A DNA stretch of 64,000 bases from Gammaproteobacteria bacterium (lineage in GTDB: Bacteria; Pseudomonadota; Gammaproteobacteria; UBA4575). The stretch lies in NCBI GenBank assembly GCA_965221955.1, contig CBDCTA010000022.1, forward strand, positions 352,001 to 416,000, in the 5' to 3' direction. The notes below the pieces were generated by a model that saw nothing but the letters and a program-made list of their open reading frames with translations, ran no database searches and was not told the origin of the DNA. Each line of letters starts with the position of its first letter. Position 1 is the stretch's first letter. Positions 1 through 10,393 of this stretch are shown here, piece after piece. A program made the translations under genes and the position numbers.

Positions 1-1
1 G

Positions 2-952
2 CCGGTTAAAGATACAAAACTAACTCCACGTATTAAAGAAACTGCTAAAGCACTTTGGTATATCTATTTATCTTTAACGATTGCGTGCGCAGTAGGTTAT
101 TGGTTAGCAGGAATGAAGGTGTTTGATGCGATTGGCCACAGTTTTTCAACAGTAGCAATAGGTGGATTTTCAACTCATGATCTAAGCATCGGTTATTACA
201 ACAGTAGAATGATTGAAACTGTTGCCATCATTTTTATGTTGTTGTCAGGTTTAAATTTTGGTCTACATTTTATTACCTGGAAATCACTAAGCTTGCGCCA
301 TTATTTCCAAGATGCGGAATTTAAAACGTATTTTTTCGTAATCATAGCGATTACAACTATTGCCGCGGTATTTTTGCGGATTGGAGAAGTCTATTTGAGT
401 TGGGGAGATGCTTTTTCAAAAGCTGTGTTTCATTCGGTCTCGATTGCGACAACCACTGGATTTACTACTTCTCAATATCATTTCTGGCCTAGTTTTTTAC
501 CGTTACTATTATTGTTAGCGAGTTTTATTGGTGGTTGTACGGGGTCAACTGGTGGAGGGATGAAAGTAATCCGTGTGCTGTTATTAGTTAAGCAAGGTAT
601 GCGCGAAATGCTACGTCTAATACATCCAAACGCAAAAATTGCAGTTAAGATTGGCTCAAAAGCGGTAGATAGCCGTGTAATTGAAGCAGTATGGGGATTT
701 TTCTCAGCGTATATCGGTGTATTTGTAGTAATGCTTTTATTACTCATGGCATCAGGCTTAGATCAGATCACCGCTTTCTCAGCAGTTACTGCAACTCTTA
801 ATAATCTTGGCCCAGGTTTAGGAGAAGTCGGTTCTAACTACACAAGTATTAATGACTTTAGTAAATGGGTATTATGTTTAGGGATGTTATTGGGCCGTCT
901 CGAAATTTTTACTTTATTAGTCATACTTACCCCAGCATTTTGGCGTAGGTAG
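2..952 (+). CDS. trkH: Trk potassium uptake membrane protein, 5'-truncated by window edge
   Basis: Frame is open from base 2 (PVKDTKLTPRIKETAKALW); pore motifs STVAIGGFS, TTTGF, GGCTGSTGGGMK, NNLGPG, GRLEIFT. Confidence 0.95.
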   Translation, partial: PVKDTKLTPRIKETAKALWYIYLSLTIACAVGYWLAGMKVFDAIGHSFSTVAIGGFSTHDLSIGYYNSRMIETVAIIFMLLSGLNFGLHFITWKSLSLRHYFQDAEFKTYFFVIIAITTIAAVFLRIGEVYLSWGDAFSKAVFHSVSIATTTGFTTSQYHFWPSFLPLLLLLASFIGGCTGSTGGGMKVIRVLLLVKQGMREMLRLIHPNAKIAVKIGSKAVDSRVIEAVWGFFSAYIGVFVVMLLLLMASGLDQITAFSAVTATLNNLGPGLGEVGSNYTSINDFSKWVLCLGMLLGRLEIFTLLVILTPAFWRR

Positions 953-1083
953 TGCATGAAGCTTTGATTTAATCTGATACGTCGTTAAAAAATTTCTCAA
1001 TTTCGTTCATGTATAAGTAAATACATATTACTCATTTCGAAAGTTTTTGCCTCATCTCAAACTAAATCAAAGCATCTTTAACA

Positions 1084-1677
1084 GTGTGTGACAAAAAAGT
1101 AGTAGAAAAGTGGGACAAAATTTATGCTTCACAAAAGCTGTCTGATGCAAATTTAGCAATTAAACCCGCAGACGTTTTGTATCACCATGCCTGTTTATTG
1201 CCGAAAACTGGAGTTGCGCTTGATCTTGCATGTGGCTTAGGAGGGAATGCGGTTTATTTAGCACAGCATGGTTTACACACGCATGCATGGGATATTTCAC
1301 AACAGGCGATTGATTACTTGCAAAGTTACAGTAATGAAAATTCACTCTCTATCAATACAGAAGCGCGAGATGTAGAGCAACATCCACCTGATGCAGATTC
1401 ATTTGATGTGATTTGTGTGAGTTACTATTTGCAGCGCGAGCTTGTGTCTAAAATAGTAGCCGCACTGAAACCGAACGGATTATTATTTTATCAAACCTTT
1501 GTACATGAATGTGTTAGCGATACTGGACCTAAAAATCCTAAATATCGTTTACACGCAAACGAATTATTAACGCTTTTTTCGCCACTACATGTCTTGGCAT
1601 ACCAAGAATATGGATGTGTAGGAGATGTTGATCAAGGTTTACGAGATGTTGCAATGTTGGTAGCGCAAAAAAGATGA
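1084..1677 (+). CDS. Class I SAM-dependent methyltransferase (TehB-like)
   Basis: Motif I ALDLACGLGGNA, WDIS, FDVICVSYYL, LKPNGLL. Confidence 0.85.
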   Translation: MCDKKVVEKWDKIYASQKLSDANLAIKPADVLYHHACLLPKTGVALDLACGLGGNAVYLAQHGLHTHAWDISQQAIDYLQSYSNENSLSINTEARDVEQHPPDADSFDVICVSYYLQRELVSKIVAALKPNGLLFYQTFVHECVSDTGPKNPKYRLHANELLTLFSPLHVLAYQEYGCVGDVDQGLRDVAMLVAQKR

Positions 1678-1701
1678 ATTAGAGCATTATTTGCTAAAAA
1701 A

Positions 1702-2658
1702 ATGTCATTAAAAAAACTTTATCCCGAAATTGAGCCTTATCACGAATTTCAATTAAAAGTTTCGGCTTTACATACTTTATGGATTGAAGAATGTGGTAAT
1801 CCACATGGTATTCCAGTAGTTTTTCTACATGGAGGTCCAGGTGCTGGATGTGAGCCGTTTCAACGACGATTTTTTGATCCTAAACAATATCGAATTATTT
1901 TATTTGATCAACGTGGTTGTGGTCGGTCGACCCCACATGCTGAATTACAAGAAAATACTACGCAACATTTAGTTGCTGATATTGAAACCATACGACAATA
2001 TTTGAAAATTGAACAGTGGTTGGTATTTGGCGGCTCATGGGGCTCAACCTTGGCTATCGCATATGCTGAATCACATGCAGAATGCGTTAGTGGGCTAATA
2101 TTACGCGGTATTTTTCTTTGTCGTCGACGTGATATTCAATGGTTCTATCAAGATGGTGCGAGTTATATTTATCCTGACTTATGGCAAGACTATATAAAAG
2201 TTATCGACAAAAATGAACGCGGAGATTTAGTCCGAGCGTTTTATAAACATTTAACTTCAGATGATGAAAATACGCGTTTGCAAGCAGCGCGTGCTTGGTC
2301 TGTTTGGGAAGGGAGTACTTCAAACTTAATTACTAAACCAAGTGTGTTAAATCATTTTGCTGATAAGCATACGGCTTTGAGTTTGGCGCGTATTGAATGT
2401 CATTACTTTATTAATGATTCTTTCTTAATAGAAAATCAATTGCTTGAAGATGCCAATAAACTGCAAGACATTCCAGGAGTTATTGTGCATGGGCGTTATG
2501 ATGTAGTTTGTCCGATTGAGCAAGCCTATGCATTGCACCAAGCTTGGACAAACGCAGAATTTATTATTGCACCTTGTTCGGGTCATTCAGCAACGGAAGA
2601 CGAAATTGTTAATACCCTGGTTGAAGCCACTCAAAAGTTTGCTAAGCAATTATCATGA
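1702..2658 (+). CDS. pip: Proline iminopeptidase
   Basis: HGGPG oxyanion motif, DQRGCGRSTP, nucleophile GGSWG, GRYD, GHS. Confidence 0.95.
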   Translation: MSLKKLYPEIEPYHEFQLKVSALHTLWIEECGNPHGIPVVFLHGGPGAGCEPFQRRFFDPKQYRIILFDQRGCGRSTPHAELQENTTQHLVADIETIRQYLKIEQWLVFGGSWGSTLAIAYAESHAECVSGLILRGIFLCRRRDIQWFYQDGASYIYPDLWQDYIKVIDKNERGDLVRAFYKHLTSDDENTRLQAARAWSVWEGSTSNLITKPSVLNHFADKHTALSLARIECHYFINDSFLIENQLLEDANKLQDIPGVIVHGRYDVVCPIEQAYALHQAWTNAEFIIAPCSGHSATEDEIVNTLVEATQKFAKQLS

Positions 2659-3092
2659 TCGCTTTGCTGCAACGGGTAACTTCTGCCAGTGTGGAAATTG
2701 CAAATGAAACGGTGGGCGAAATTGATGCTGGAATGTTGGTATTCCTGGCAGTGCAAAAAAAAGACGTCCAGGCAACGGCAGACGCTATGTTACAGCGAAT
2801 ATTAGCTTACCGGATATTTGCGGATAGTGCGGGTAAGATGAATAGAAATATTACAGAGGTTGAAGGCGGCATATTACTCGTTCCGCAATTTACCCTTGCA
2901 GCTGATACTAAAAAAGGCTTACGGCCAAATTTCTCCTCCGCAGCGACCCCTGATCACGGCAAACAACTCTTTGATTACTTTTTAGACAAATTAAAAGCTG
3001 AATATGTTAAAGTTTCATCAGGAAAGTTTGGTGCCGATATGCAAGTGCACTTGGTGAATAACGGACCAGTAACTTTCTGGCTAGAAATATAG
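2655..3092 (+). CDS. dtd: D-aminoacyl-tRNA deacylase
   Basis: LLQRV, PQFTL, FGADMQV, NNGPVT; ATGA overlap with pip. Confidence 0.95.
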   Translation: MIALLQRVTSASVEIANETVGEIDAGMLVFLAVQKKDVQATADAMLQRILAYRIFADSAGKMNRNITEVEGGILLVPQFTLAADTKKGLRPNFSSAATPDHGKQLFDYFLDKLKAEYVKVSSGKFGADMQVHLVNNGPVTFWLEI

Positions 3093-3141
3093 CAAGACAA
3101 CATAAAAAATTAATTTACTAACAAATCAATCTACAACCCCT

Positions 3142-3735
3142 GTGACTGCACGTACTGCGAGTGTTGAACGCAACACCAACGAAACCCAAATAGCGATTAA
3201 ATTGAATCTCGATGGTGATGGCCGATCTTCTTTGCAGACAGGCATCCCTTTTTTTGAGCATATGTTGGACCAAATCGCACGTCATGGCATGTTGGATTTA
3301 AATATTGATGCCAAAGGTGATCTTGAAATAGATGCACATCATACTGTGGAAGATGTTGGCATTACCTTAGGACAAGCATTTAGCCAAGCGATTGGAGATA
3401 AAACAGGTATTGTTCGTTATGGTCATGCTTATGTGCCACTAGACGAAGCGCTGTCACGCGTCGTAGTTGATTTTTCGGGTCGTCCAGGCTTAGAGTTTCG
3501 AGCACAGTTCCCGCGAGCACGCGTGGGAGATTTTGATGTTGATCTCACACATGAGTTTTTTCAAGGCTTTGTGAATCATGCCAATGTAACTTTGCACATC
3601 GACAATTTATCAGGGGATAACTCGCACCACATCGCTGAGACAATTTTTAAAGCGTTTGGGCGCGCACTGCGTATGGCCATTACAGCAGATGAACGCATGC
3701 AAGGTGTTGTGCCATCCACAAAAGGAACCTTGTAA
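3142..3735 (+). CDS. hisB: Imidazoleglycerol-phosphate dehydratase
   Basis: [22 protein letters not shown]. Confidence 0.97.
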   Translation: MTARTASVERNTNETQIAIKLNLDGDGRSSLQTGIPFFEHMLDQIARHGMLDLNIDAKGDLEIDAHHTVEDVGITLGQAFSQAIGDKTGIVRYGHAYVPLDEALSRVVVDFSGRPGLEFRAQFPRARVGDFDVDLTHEFFQGFVNHANVTLHIDNLSGDNSHHIAETIFKAFGRALRMAITADERMQGVVPSTKGTL

Positions 3736-3752
3736 AATAGATTTTTCTTAAC

Positions 3753-4409
3753 ATGAATATCGCTATCATCGATTACGGCATGGGGAACTTATATTCGGTT
3801 GCGAAAGCAGCAGAACATGTAGCCGAAGCAAAAGATAATATTTTTGTAACTTCGAGCGCTGAACAAATCGCAACCTCTGACAAAGTAATTTTTCCTGGTC
3901 AAGGCGCAGCAAAAGATTGCATGAGTGCTTTACAAGAATATGATTTAAAAGATGCGATTATTAGCGCGGCCGATCAAAAACCTTTTCTAGGAATTTGTAT
4001 GGGTATGCAAGTATTGATGCAAATGAGCGAAGAAAATGAAGGCGTGAATTGTTTAGGTCTTTTTCAAGGCAAAGTTAAATATTTTGGCAATCACATCAAC
4101 ATAGGTTCACAAGATAATAGTTATAAAGTACCGCATATGGGTTGGAATGCCATTCAACAACAGCAAAATCATCCTTTATGGAAAGGTATTGATGAAGCTA
4201 GTTATTTTTATTTTGTACATAGTTACTTTGTATGTGCCGAACAACAGGAACTCATTACTGGTACTACAGATTACGGCGTAACTTTTGCATCCGTTATTGC
4301 CCGTGATAATGTTTTTGCTATGCAATGTCATCCTGAAAAGAGTGCACAAGCTGGCTTGCAACTATTAAAAAACTTTATACACTGGGACGGTAGTCGTAGT
4401 GTTCATTAA
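3753..4409 (+). CDS. hisH: Imidazole glycerol phosphate synthase glutaminase subunit
   Basis: IDYGMGNL, GICMGMQ, PHMGWN, YFVHSY, HPEKS. Confidence 0.97.
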   Translation: MNIAIIDYGMGNLYSVAKAAEHVAEAKDNIFVTSSAEQIATSDKVIFPGQGAAKDCMSALQEYDLKDAIISAADQKPFLGICMGMQVLMQMSEENEGVNCLGLFQGKVKYFGNHINIGSQDNSYKVPHMGWNAIQQQQNHPLWKGIDEASYFYFVHSYFVCAEQQELITGTTDYGVTFASVIARDNVFAMQCHPEKSAQAGLQLLKNFIHWDGSRSVH

Positions 4410-4412
4410 TTC

Positions 4413-5150
4413 ATGATCATAATACCTGCGATAGATTTGAAAGATGGTAAATGCGTGCGTCTGCGACAGGGCAGCATGGACGAAGTCACAGTATTTTCTG
4501 AAGACCCTGTTGCCATGGCGGATCAATGGGTTGAGGCTGGTGCACAACGTTTACATATTGTAGATCTTGATGGGGCGACATCTGGTGCTCCTAAAAATCG
4601 CGAAATTATTCATACTATTACGGATAATCATCCAGACTTACCCATACAAATAGGAGGCGGTATTCGTGATGAAGATACCGTGCAAGCTTATTTAGACGTG
4701 GGTGTTCAGTACGTCATTATTGGCACTAAAGCAGTTAGTGCCCCGCATTTTGTTAATGATTTATGTTTAGAATTTCCTGGACACATCATTGTTGGTTTAG
4801 ATGCTAAAGATGGCAAAGTAGCCATCGATGGTTGGTCTAAATTATCACATCACGATGTAATTGATATGGCGCAACATTTCGAAGCAGATGGAGTGGCTGC
4901 AATTGTGTTTACCGATATTAGTCGAGACGGCATGATGGAAGGGCTGAATGTAGACTCTACTGCTGAACTCTCTGCTGCCATACACATACCTGTAATTGCA
5001 TCAGGTGGTGTAACGGATGAAAATGATATTAAACGTTTATGCGAATGTGATGAAGAAGGCATCGTAGGTGTAATCGTCGGACGGGCACTTTATGAAGGCA
5101 CTATCGACTTACAACATGCACAAAAACTTGCAGATTCTTATCAGCCGTAA
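4413..5150 (+). CDS. hisA: ProFAR isomerase
   Basis: [36 protein letters not shown]. Confidence 0.97.
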   Translation: MIIIPAIDLKDGKCVRLRQGSMDEVTVFSEDPVAMADQWVEAGAQRLHIVDLDGATSGAPKNREIIHTITDNHPDLPIQIGGGIRDEDTVQAYLDVGVQYVIIGTKAVSAPHFVNDLCLEFPGHIIVGLDAKDGKVAIDGWSKLSHHDVIDMAQHFEADGVAAIVFTDISRDGMMEGLNVDSTAELSAAIHIPVIASGGVTDENDIKRLCECDEEGIVGVIVGRALYEGTIDLQHAQKLADSYQP

Positions 5151-5218
5151 TTATATCTAAGCATTTTCAGGTTAACGAATGGCATGACTGCTGTTTATTC
5201 TTGTTCCTTAAATTAAGT

Positions 5219-5992
5219 ATGCCTTTAGCTAAAAGAATCATTCCTTGCCTCGATGTTGATGCGGGTCGTGTTGTAAAGGGCGTTAAATTTGTCGATATTC
5301 GTGATGCAGGTGATCCAGTAGAAATTGCTAAACGCTACGACACCGAAGGTGCTGACGAAATTACATTTTTAGATATCACTGCTAGTTCAGATAATCGCGA
5401 TACCATGGTACATGTGGTTGAACGAGTGGCGGCAGAGGTGTTCATACCATTAACTGTAGGTGGTGGTATTCGTAAAGTGGAAGATATTCGCACATTGTTA
5501 AATGCTGGTGCCGACAAAGTGGGTATTAATACCGCAGCAGTATTCAATCCTGAATTTGTACAACAAGCTAGTGACAAAGTAGGTTCGCAATGCATCGTCG
5601 TCGCGATTGATGCCAAACAAGTGAGTAAGCAAGGCGAGCCTCTAAAATGGGAAATTTTCACGCATGGTGGGCGCAAAGCAACCGGTCTAGATGCTATGGA
5701 CTGGGCAGAGAAAATGCAACAATATGGTGCTGGAGAGATCTTACTCACCAGTATGGATCGAGACGGCACTAAAATTGGTTTTGACTTAGAACTGACTCGA
5801 TCAATTAGCGAGGCCGTTGGTATTCCCGTTATTGCCTCTGGGGGTGTAGGCACATTGGCACACTTGGTTGAGGGCGTGACAATTGGTAAAGCCGACGCAG
5901 TATTGGCTGCAAGCATATTTCATTTTGGTGAATATTCTATACAAGAAGCAAAAAGTTATATGGCAGAACAGGGTATTGTGGTAAGAAGATAA
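5219..5992 (+). CDS. hisF: Imidazole glycerol phosphate synthase cyclase subunit
   Basis: [32 protein letters not shown]; start placed at ATG 5219. Confidence 0.97.
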   Translation: MPLAKRIIPCLDVDAGRVVKGVKFVDIRDAGDPVEIAKRYDTEGADEITFLDITASSDNRDTMVHVVERVAAEVFIPLTVGGGIRKVEDIRTLLNAGADKVGINTAAVFNPEFVQQASDKVGSQCIVVAIDAKQVSKQGEPLKWEIFTHGGRKATGLDAMDWAEKMQQYGAGEILLTSMDRDGTKIGFDLELTRSISEAVGIPVIASGGVGTLAHLVEGVTIGKADAVLAASIFHFGEYSIQEAKSYMAEQGIVVRR

Positions 5993-5994
5993 TC

Positions 5995-6315
5995 ATGGAA
6001 AAGCAGCAAACCCTAACAAAGTTAGCCGAGATTCTCGAGCAACGTAAAACTGCAAAAGCTGACGAATCATATGTAGCAAGTTTATATGAGTCGGGTATAG
6101 AAAAAATCCTCGCTAAAATAAATGAAGAAGCAGAAGAAGTGATTGATGCTGCAAAGGAGGAAGATGCTGAACATTTAATTCATGAGGTAGCAGACTTATG
6201 GTTTCATTGTATGGTGATGTTAGCGCATAAAAACCTTCATCATGAGGATGTATTGGTAGAATTAGAAAAGCGCTTTGGTATTTCAGGTCTAGTAGAAAAA
6301 GCGCAGCGGGAGTAA
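5995..6315 (+). CDS. hisE: Phosphoribosyl-ATP pyrophosphatase (monofunctional)
   Basis: SYVASL, KINEEAEEV, EVADLWFH, RFGISGLVEK. Confidence 0.95.
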   Translation: MEKQQTLTKLAEILEQRKTAKADESYVASLYESGIEKILAKINEEAEEVIDAAKEEDAEHLIHEVADLWFHCMVMLAHKNLHHEDVLVELEKRFGISGLVEKAQRE

Positions 6316-6346
6316 CAAATTTCAAAAGTGAATAGGAGTATGAATT

Positions 6347-6529
6347 ATGGGAATTAGCCCTTGGCAATTACTGATTGTACTGGTCATCGTTGTATTAATT
6401 TTTGGCACAAAAAAATTGCGCAACATGGGTGGTGATATAGGTGGTGCTGTTAAAAATTTCAAAAAGTCAATGAAAGACGAGGATGACACTAACAGCGCTG
6501 ATTCGGAAGAGGACACACCTAAAGAATAA
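6347..6529 (+). CDS. tatA: Twin-arginine translocase subunit A
   Basis: [27 protein letters not shown]; RBS AGGAG. Confidence 0.95.
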   Translation: MGISPWQLLIVLVIVVLIFGTKKLRNMGGDIGGAVKNFKKSMKDEDDTNSADSEEDTPKE

Positions 6530-6559
6530 CGACTTATCTAAATAAACCAGCGTTCATCT

Positions 6560-6958
6560 ATGTTTGATTTTGGTTTTTGGGAACTCACGATTGTCATGGT
6601 GGTGGCATTGTTAGTAGTGGGTCCAGAACGTTTACCGGCACTGGCTGGACAAGTCGGTAAGTGGGTGGGTAAAGCTAAGCGCGTAATTGAAAGTGTTCGT
6701 TCGGATATTGAGTCTGAGATTAAAGCAGCAGAGCTTAAAGAGATATTAGAAAAGCAGCAAAATGAAATTGGTGAGCTAAAAGAAATGCTCAAAGATACTC
6801 AAACTGAAATCGAAAAAGATTTTGAAGAAGACGATGATCGTGAATTGATTAAAGCGGTTGAAAAACATATCGAGTCCACTAAAAAAGAATCCACCCTCCA
6901 ACAAGAACTATCTCTAGGTTCAGAGGCTAACACTACAGATAAACATGAAGTCGACTAA
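6560..6958 (+). CDS. tatB: Twin-arginine translocase subunit B
   Basis: MFDFGFWEL...LLVVGPERLP. Confidence 0.95.
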   Translation: MFDFGFWELTIVMVVALLVVGPERLPALAGQVGKWVGKAKRVIESVRSDIESEIKAAELKEILEKQQNEIGELKEMLKDTQTEIEKDFEEDDDRELIKAVEKHIESTKKESTLQQELSLGSEANTTDKHEVD

Positions 6959-7823
6959 AGACTCAACAACCTCTGAGGATATGCCCGAGGGCAAACAAGA
7001 AACCCTGCTTACTCACTTATATGAGTTGCGCAGTCGTTTGTTGTGGATTGTAGGTTGTGTGATGTTGGTTTTTTTATGTCTGTTCCCATTCGCAAATGAG
7101 TTGTATGGATATCTAGCCGGACCACTTATGGTGCATATGCCAGAAGGCAGTTCCATGGTTGCTATTGACGTAGCCTCTCCATTTTTAACTCCTTTTAAGT
7201 TTGTTTTTATTCTCAGTATTGTATTGTCTATTCCGATTATTCTTTTTCATGTTTGGGGGTTTATTGCCCCGGGTCTATATAGCCATGAAAAACGTTTAGC
7301 CTTTCCTATTATCATTTCGAGCTCCATTCTTTTTTATGTCGGTATGGCCTTTGCTTACTTTGTAGTATTCCCATTAATGTTTGCTTTTTTTACCAAGGTA
7401 GCTCCTCAAGGAGTGGCTGTGATGACTGATATTGGGCGCTATTTGGATTTTGTGTTGAAAATTTTTATCGCTTTTGGTGTTGCGTTTGAAGTGCCTATTA
7501 TTACCTTTGTGTTAGTAAAGTTAGGCATTACGAGTGCTCAGCAATTGGCTGCCAAGCGACCTTATGTAATTGTCGGTGCGTTTGTAATTGGCATGCTATT
7601 GACACCGCCTGATGTTATTTCACAATTCTTGCTAGCGATACCAGTATGGCTGTTATTTGAATTAGGTTTAGTTTTCTCGCGCGTAATGATTAATAATAAC
7701 AAGTCTGACGAAACTGCTGTTCAGACGCGAAAAGAGCCACGCTTCAGTGCCATGACTGAAGAGGAACATGAAATGGAAATCAATGAAAATGAACTCTTGG
7801 ATGATTCATCAAATCATAAATAA
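6945..7823 (+). CDS. tatC: Twin-arginine translocase subunit C
   Basis: HLYELRSRL, FIAPGLY, FEVP, TPPDVISQ; six hydrophobic helices. Confidence 0.97.
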   Translation: MKSTKDSTTSEDMPEGKQETLLTHLYELRSRLLWIVGCVMLVFLCLFPFANELYGYLAGPLMVHMPEGSSMVAIDVASPFLTPFKFVFILSIVLSIPIILFHVWGFIAPGLYSHEKRLAFPIIISSSILFYVGMAFAYFVVFPLMFAFFTKVAPQGVAVMTDIGRYLDFVLKIFIAFGVAFEVPIITFVLVKLGITSAQQLAAKRPYVIVGAFVIGMLLTPPDVISQFLLAIPVWLLFELGLVFSRVMINNNKSDETAVQTRKEPRFSAMTEEEHEMEINENELLDDSSNHK

Positions 7824-7868
7824 CCTCAAACCATAAAAAAATAAATTTCTAAAAACAAGCAAGCAATT

Positions 7869-9413
7869 GTGACAAAGCAAGCAACTATCCGTAATCGGGC
7901 CATGCTGTTAATTCTTGATGGTTTTGGTACCAACCCAAGCAAAGCAAATAATGCAGTGCTGCAAGCACAGACTCCTAAGCTGGATGAATACTTTTCGCAG
8001 TATCCGCACACAGTGTTAGAAGCCTCTGGGGAAGCGGTAGGGTTGCCGCCCGGCCAAATGGGCAATTCAGAAGTGGGCCATATGACAATTGGATGTGGAA
8101 GTATTATCAAGCAAGACTTGATCCGTATTAATGATGCAATTGCTGATGGCAGTTTTTTTGAGATGTCCCCCTTACGCAGAGCATTGGAGAATGCTAGAAA
8201 AAAAGAAGGCTACATTCACATCATAGGACTGATGTCGGATGGCGGTGTGCATTCGCATATTAATCATACCATTGCTTTAATGAAGTTATGCCATGAAGTA
8301 CAAGTACGTCCCGTCTTACACGTCATTACAGATGGTAGAGACTGCCCACCTAAAAGTGCAAAGAAATATATTCGGCAATTAAATAATGCAATTGAAGAAG
8401 TGAATGGTTCAATTGCTACATTGATGGGTCGTTATTATGCGATGGATAGAGATCGCAGATGGGAGCGCACTATTAAAGCATGGGAAGCTTTAGTTCAGCT
8501 TAAAGGTGTAAAATGTACGGATGCTTTGGATGCAATTGATAAAGCCTATGAGCGTGGTGAAACGGATGAGTTTATTACACCTTCAGTATTAGGCAGTGCG
8601 TTGCCATTAACTGAAGAATCGGAAGTCATTTTTACGAATTTTAGAAATGATCGTCCACGCCAGTTAAGTAAGGCATTAGCCAAACCCGATTTTTCTGGTT
8701 TTGATCGCGGTCCTGATTTTGAGCCGATTAAGTTGACCAAAATGACCAAGTACAGCAAAGAATACCTTGGACCAGTAATTTTTGCGCCACGAAAACCCGA
8801 AACAAACTTGGCTGAAGTGGTATCGAAATTAGGCTTATACCAATTTCATTGTGCAGAGACAGAAAAGTATCCACATGTCACCTATTTTTTGAATGGCGGC
8901 CATGAAGATGCCTATGAAGGCGAAGATCGCAAAATGGTGTCTTCGCCAAAAGTGGCGACTTATGATTTACAGCCTGAAATGAGTGCAGAAGAAGTTGCAG
9001 ATGAAGCGATCAAGGCAATTAACAATGAGAGCTACGCTTTGATTGTAGTCAATTTTGCTAACGCTGATATGGTGGGCCACACCGCAGTAAAAGAAGCAAT
9101 AATCAAAGCAATCGAAGCGTTAGACAAACATGCAGGGCGTGTACTCGATGCCGCTAATGAACAAGGGATTTCAGTAGTGTTAACTTCCGACCATGGTAAC
9201 TGCGATGAAATGATCGATCCACGAACAAAAGAACCGCACACGCAACACACTACTTACCCCGTTCCTTGTTTAGTGATCGATAATGGAGCTTGGGATTTAG
9301 CTAATGGTCAAGGACTGAGTGCAGTCGCACCAACCATTTTAGAGTTAATGGGGATCGAACAACCTACGGCGATGACGGGTGAGTCGTTATTAATTCATCA
9401 CAACGGGGATTAA
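7869..9413 (+). CDS. gpmI: 2,3-bisphosphoglycerate-independent phosphoglycerate mutase
   Basis: LILDGFG, GQMGNSEVGH, AETEKYPHVT, ADMVGH, TSDHGN. Confidence 0.97.
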   Translation: MTKQATIRNRAMLLILDGFGTNPSKANNAVLQAQTPKLDEYFSQYPHTVLEASGEAVGLPPGQMGNSEVGHMTIGCGSIIKQDLIRINDAIADGSFFEMSPLRRALENARKKEGYIHIIGLMSDGGVHSHINHTIALMKLCHEVQVRPVLHVITDGRDCPPKSAKKYIRQLNNAIEEVNGSIATLMGRYYAMDRDRRWERTIKAWEALVQLKGVKCTDALDAIDKAYERGETDEFITPSVLGSALPLTEESEVIFTNFRNDRPRQLSKALAKPDFSGFDRGPDFEPIKLTKMTKYSKEYLGPVIFAPRKPETNLAEVVSKLGLYQFHCAETEKYPHVTYFLNGGHEDAYEGEDRKMVSSPKVATYDLQPEMSAEEVADEAIKAINNESYALIVVNFANADMVGHTAVKEAIIKAIEALDKHAGRVLDAANEQGISVVLTSDHGNCDEMIDPRTKEPHTQHTTYPVPCLVIDNGAWDLANGQGLSAVAPTILELMGIEQPTAMTGESLLIHHNGD

Positions 9414-9422
9414 ATTTGTCAT

Positions 9423-10193
9423 TTAATCAAACGGATTCCACCAACGTTTCTTTTTTTTAGGTTCTCCTTCAGTTGTTAGTGTTGGATCGGATTCAGTATT
9501 TTCTTCCGTATTTTGAGCTAGTGTAGCATTAGGCGTACCTTCTTTAGATAAGGTAGTAATCACATCATACAGTTTTGTTGTTGAATAATCGCCACGTATT
9601 GGAAGATTCATCATAGGTTTGCTTGTTTTATGTTTAAAAAATTGTACTAATTTTTGTCGAAATTTAGCAGGAAATTGGTCTTCTCCCCGAGTCAAGGTAC
9701 GTTTAATATCTCCTTGTATTTGGAGCACTCTGTTTCCAAATAAACCAAATTTTTTCCCCGATGCGCTAGCTGAGAGACCTACTCGGTTTACTACAACGTC
9801 AATTTCAGGGCAGGTTCGATAACGCTGATCATATTCCTTACCTTCTTGTACCATCAGACAGATTTTTGAAAGAAATTTAATGTTATCTTGATCTACAGTT
9901 AGATTTCTCACATCTGCACCAAGCTCTAATGCTTTAATAGCTTTTCGTTCTTCTAGTGTAAAGCCATCTTTGATTCCAGGCGCTTCTTCTGTTGAATAAA
10001 TTATGACTTTTTGTTGATAGGGCTGATAATCTGGCGTATCTGAACCGCTTGAAGATTCTGCGCATAGTTGAGTAATCTGTTCTTGGCTGAATCCTTTATC
10101 CAAATAAAACTGTATGTCCTCTTTGTTGCAGGCACCGTATACGTTCTGAAAAAGAAGAGAAAATAAAAGTATAAATGGATAGAGAAATTTCAT
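9423..10193 (-). CDS. Hypothetical exported protein
   Basis: 256-aa ORF with signal peptide MKFLYPFILLFSLLFQNVYG; no family recognised. Confidence 0.75.
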   Translation of the reverse strand: MKFLYPFILLFSLLFQNVYGACNKEDIQFYLDKGFSQEQITQLCAESSSGSDTPDYQPYQQKVIIYSTEEAPGIKDGFTLEERKAIKALELGADVRNLTVDQDNIKFLSKICLMVQEGKEYDQRYRTCPEIDVVVNRVGLSASASGKKFGLFGNRVLQIQGDIKRTLTRGEDQFPAKFRQKLVQFFKHKTSKPMMNLPIRGDYSTTKLYDVITTLSKEGTPNATLAQNTEENTESDPTLTTEGEPKKKKRWWNPFD

Positions 10194-10293
10194 TGTTTAA
10201 AAGTGAACCACTAGTTTGTACAGTTAGTGTATGTAATGACACGCACCGAGTCCAACAAGTTCACTATAAACAGTATGGAAAAGATGCATGTAT

Positions 10294-10325
10294 AAAAAAA
10301 TAGGCGCTCAAAGAGCGCCTATTTT
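10294..10325 (-). terminator. Rho-independent terminator of the porin gene
   Basis: Perfect stem AAAATAGGCGCTC-AAA-GAGCGCCTATTTT; A7 run gives a U tract on the minus strand, ~70 bp after the porin stop. Confidence 0.9.
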
Positions 10326-10393
10326 ATCCTTCTATATTAGATCGTTATCTCGATCTAAACGCTATGATCCTTATAGCGAATAAGGTTGGTTGC

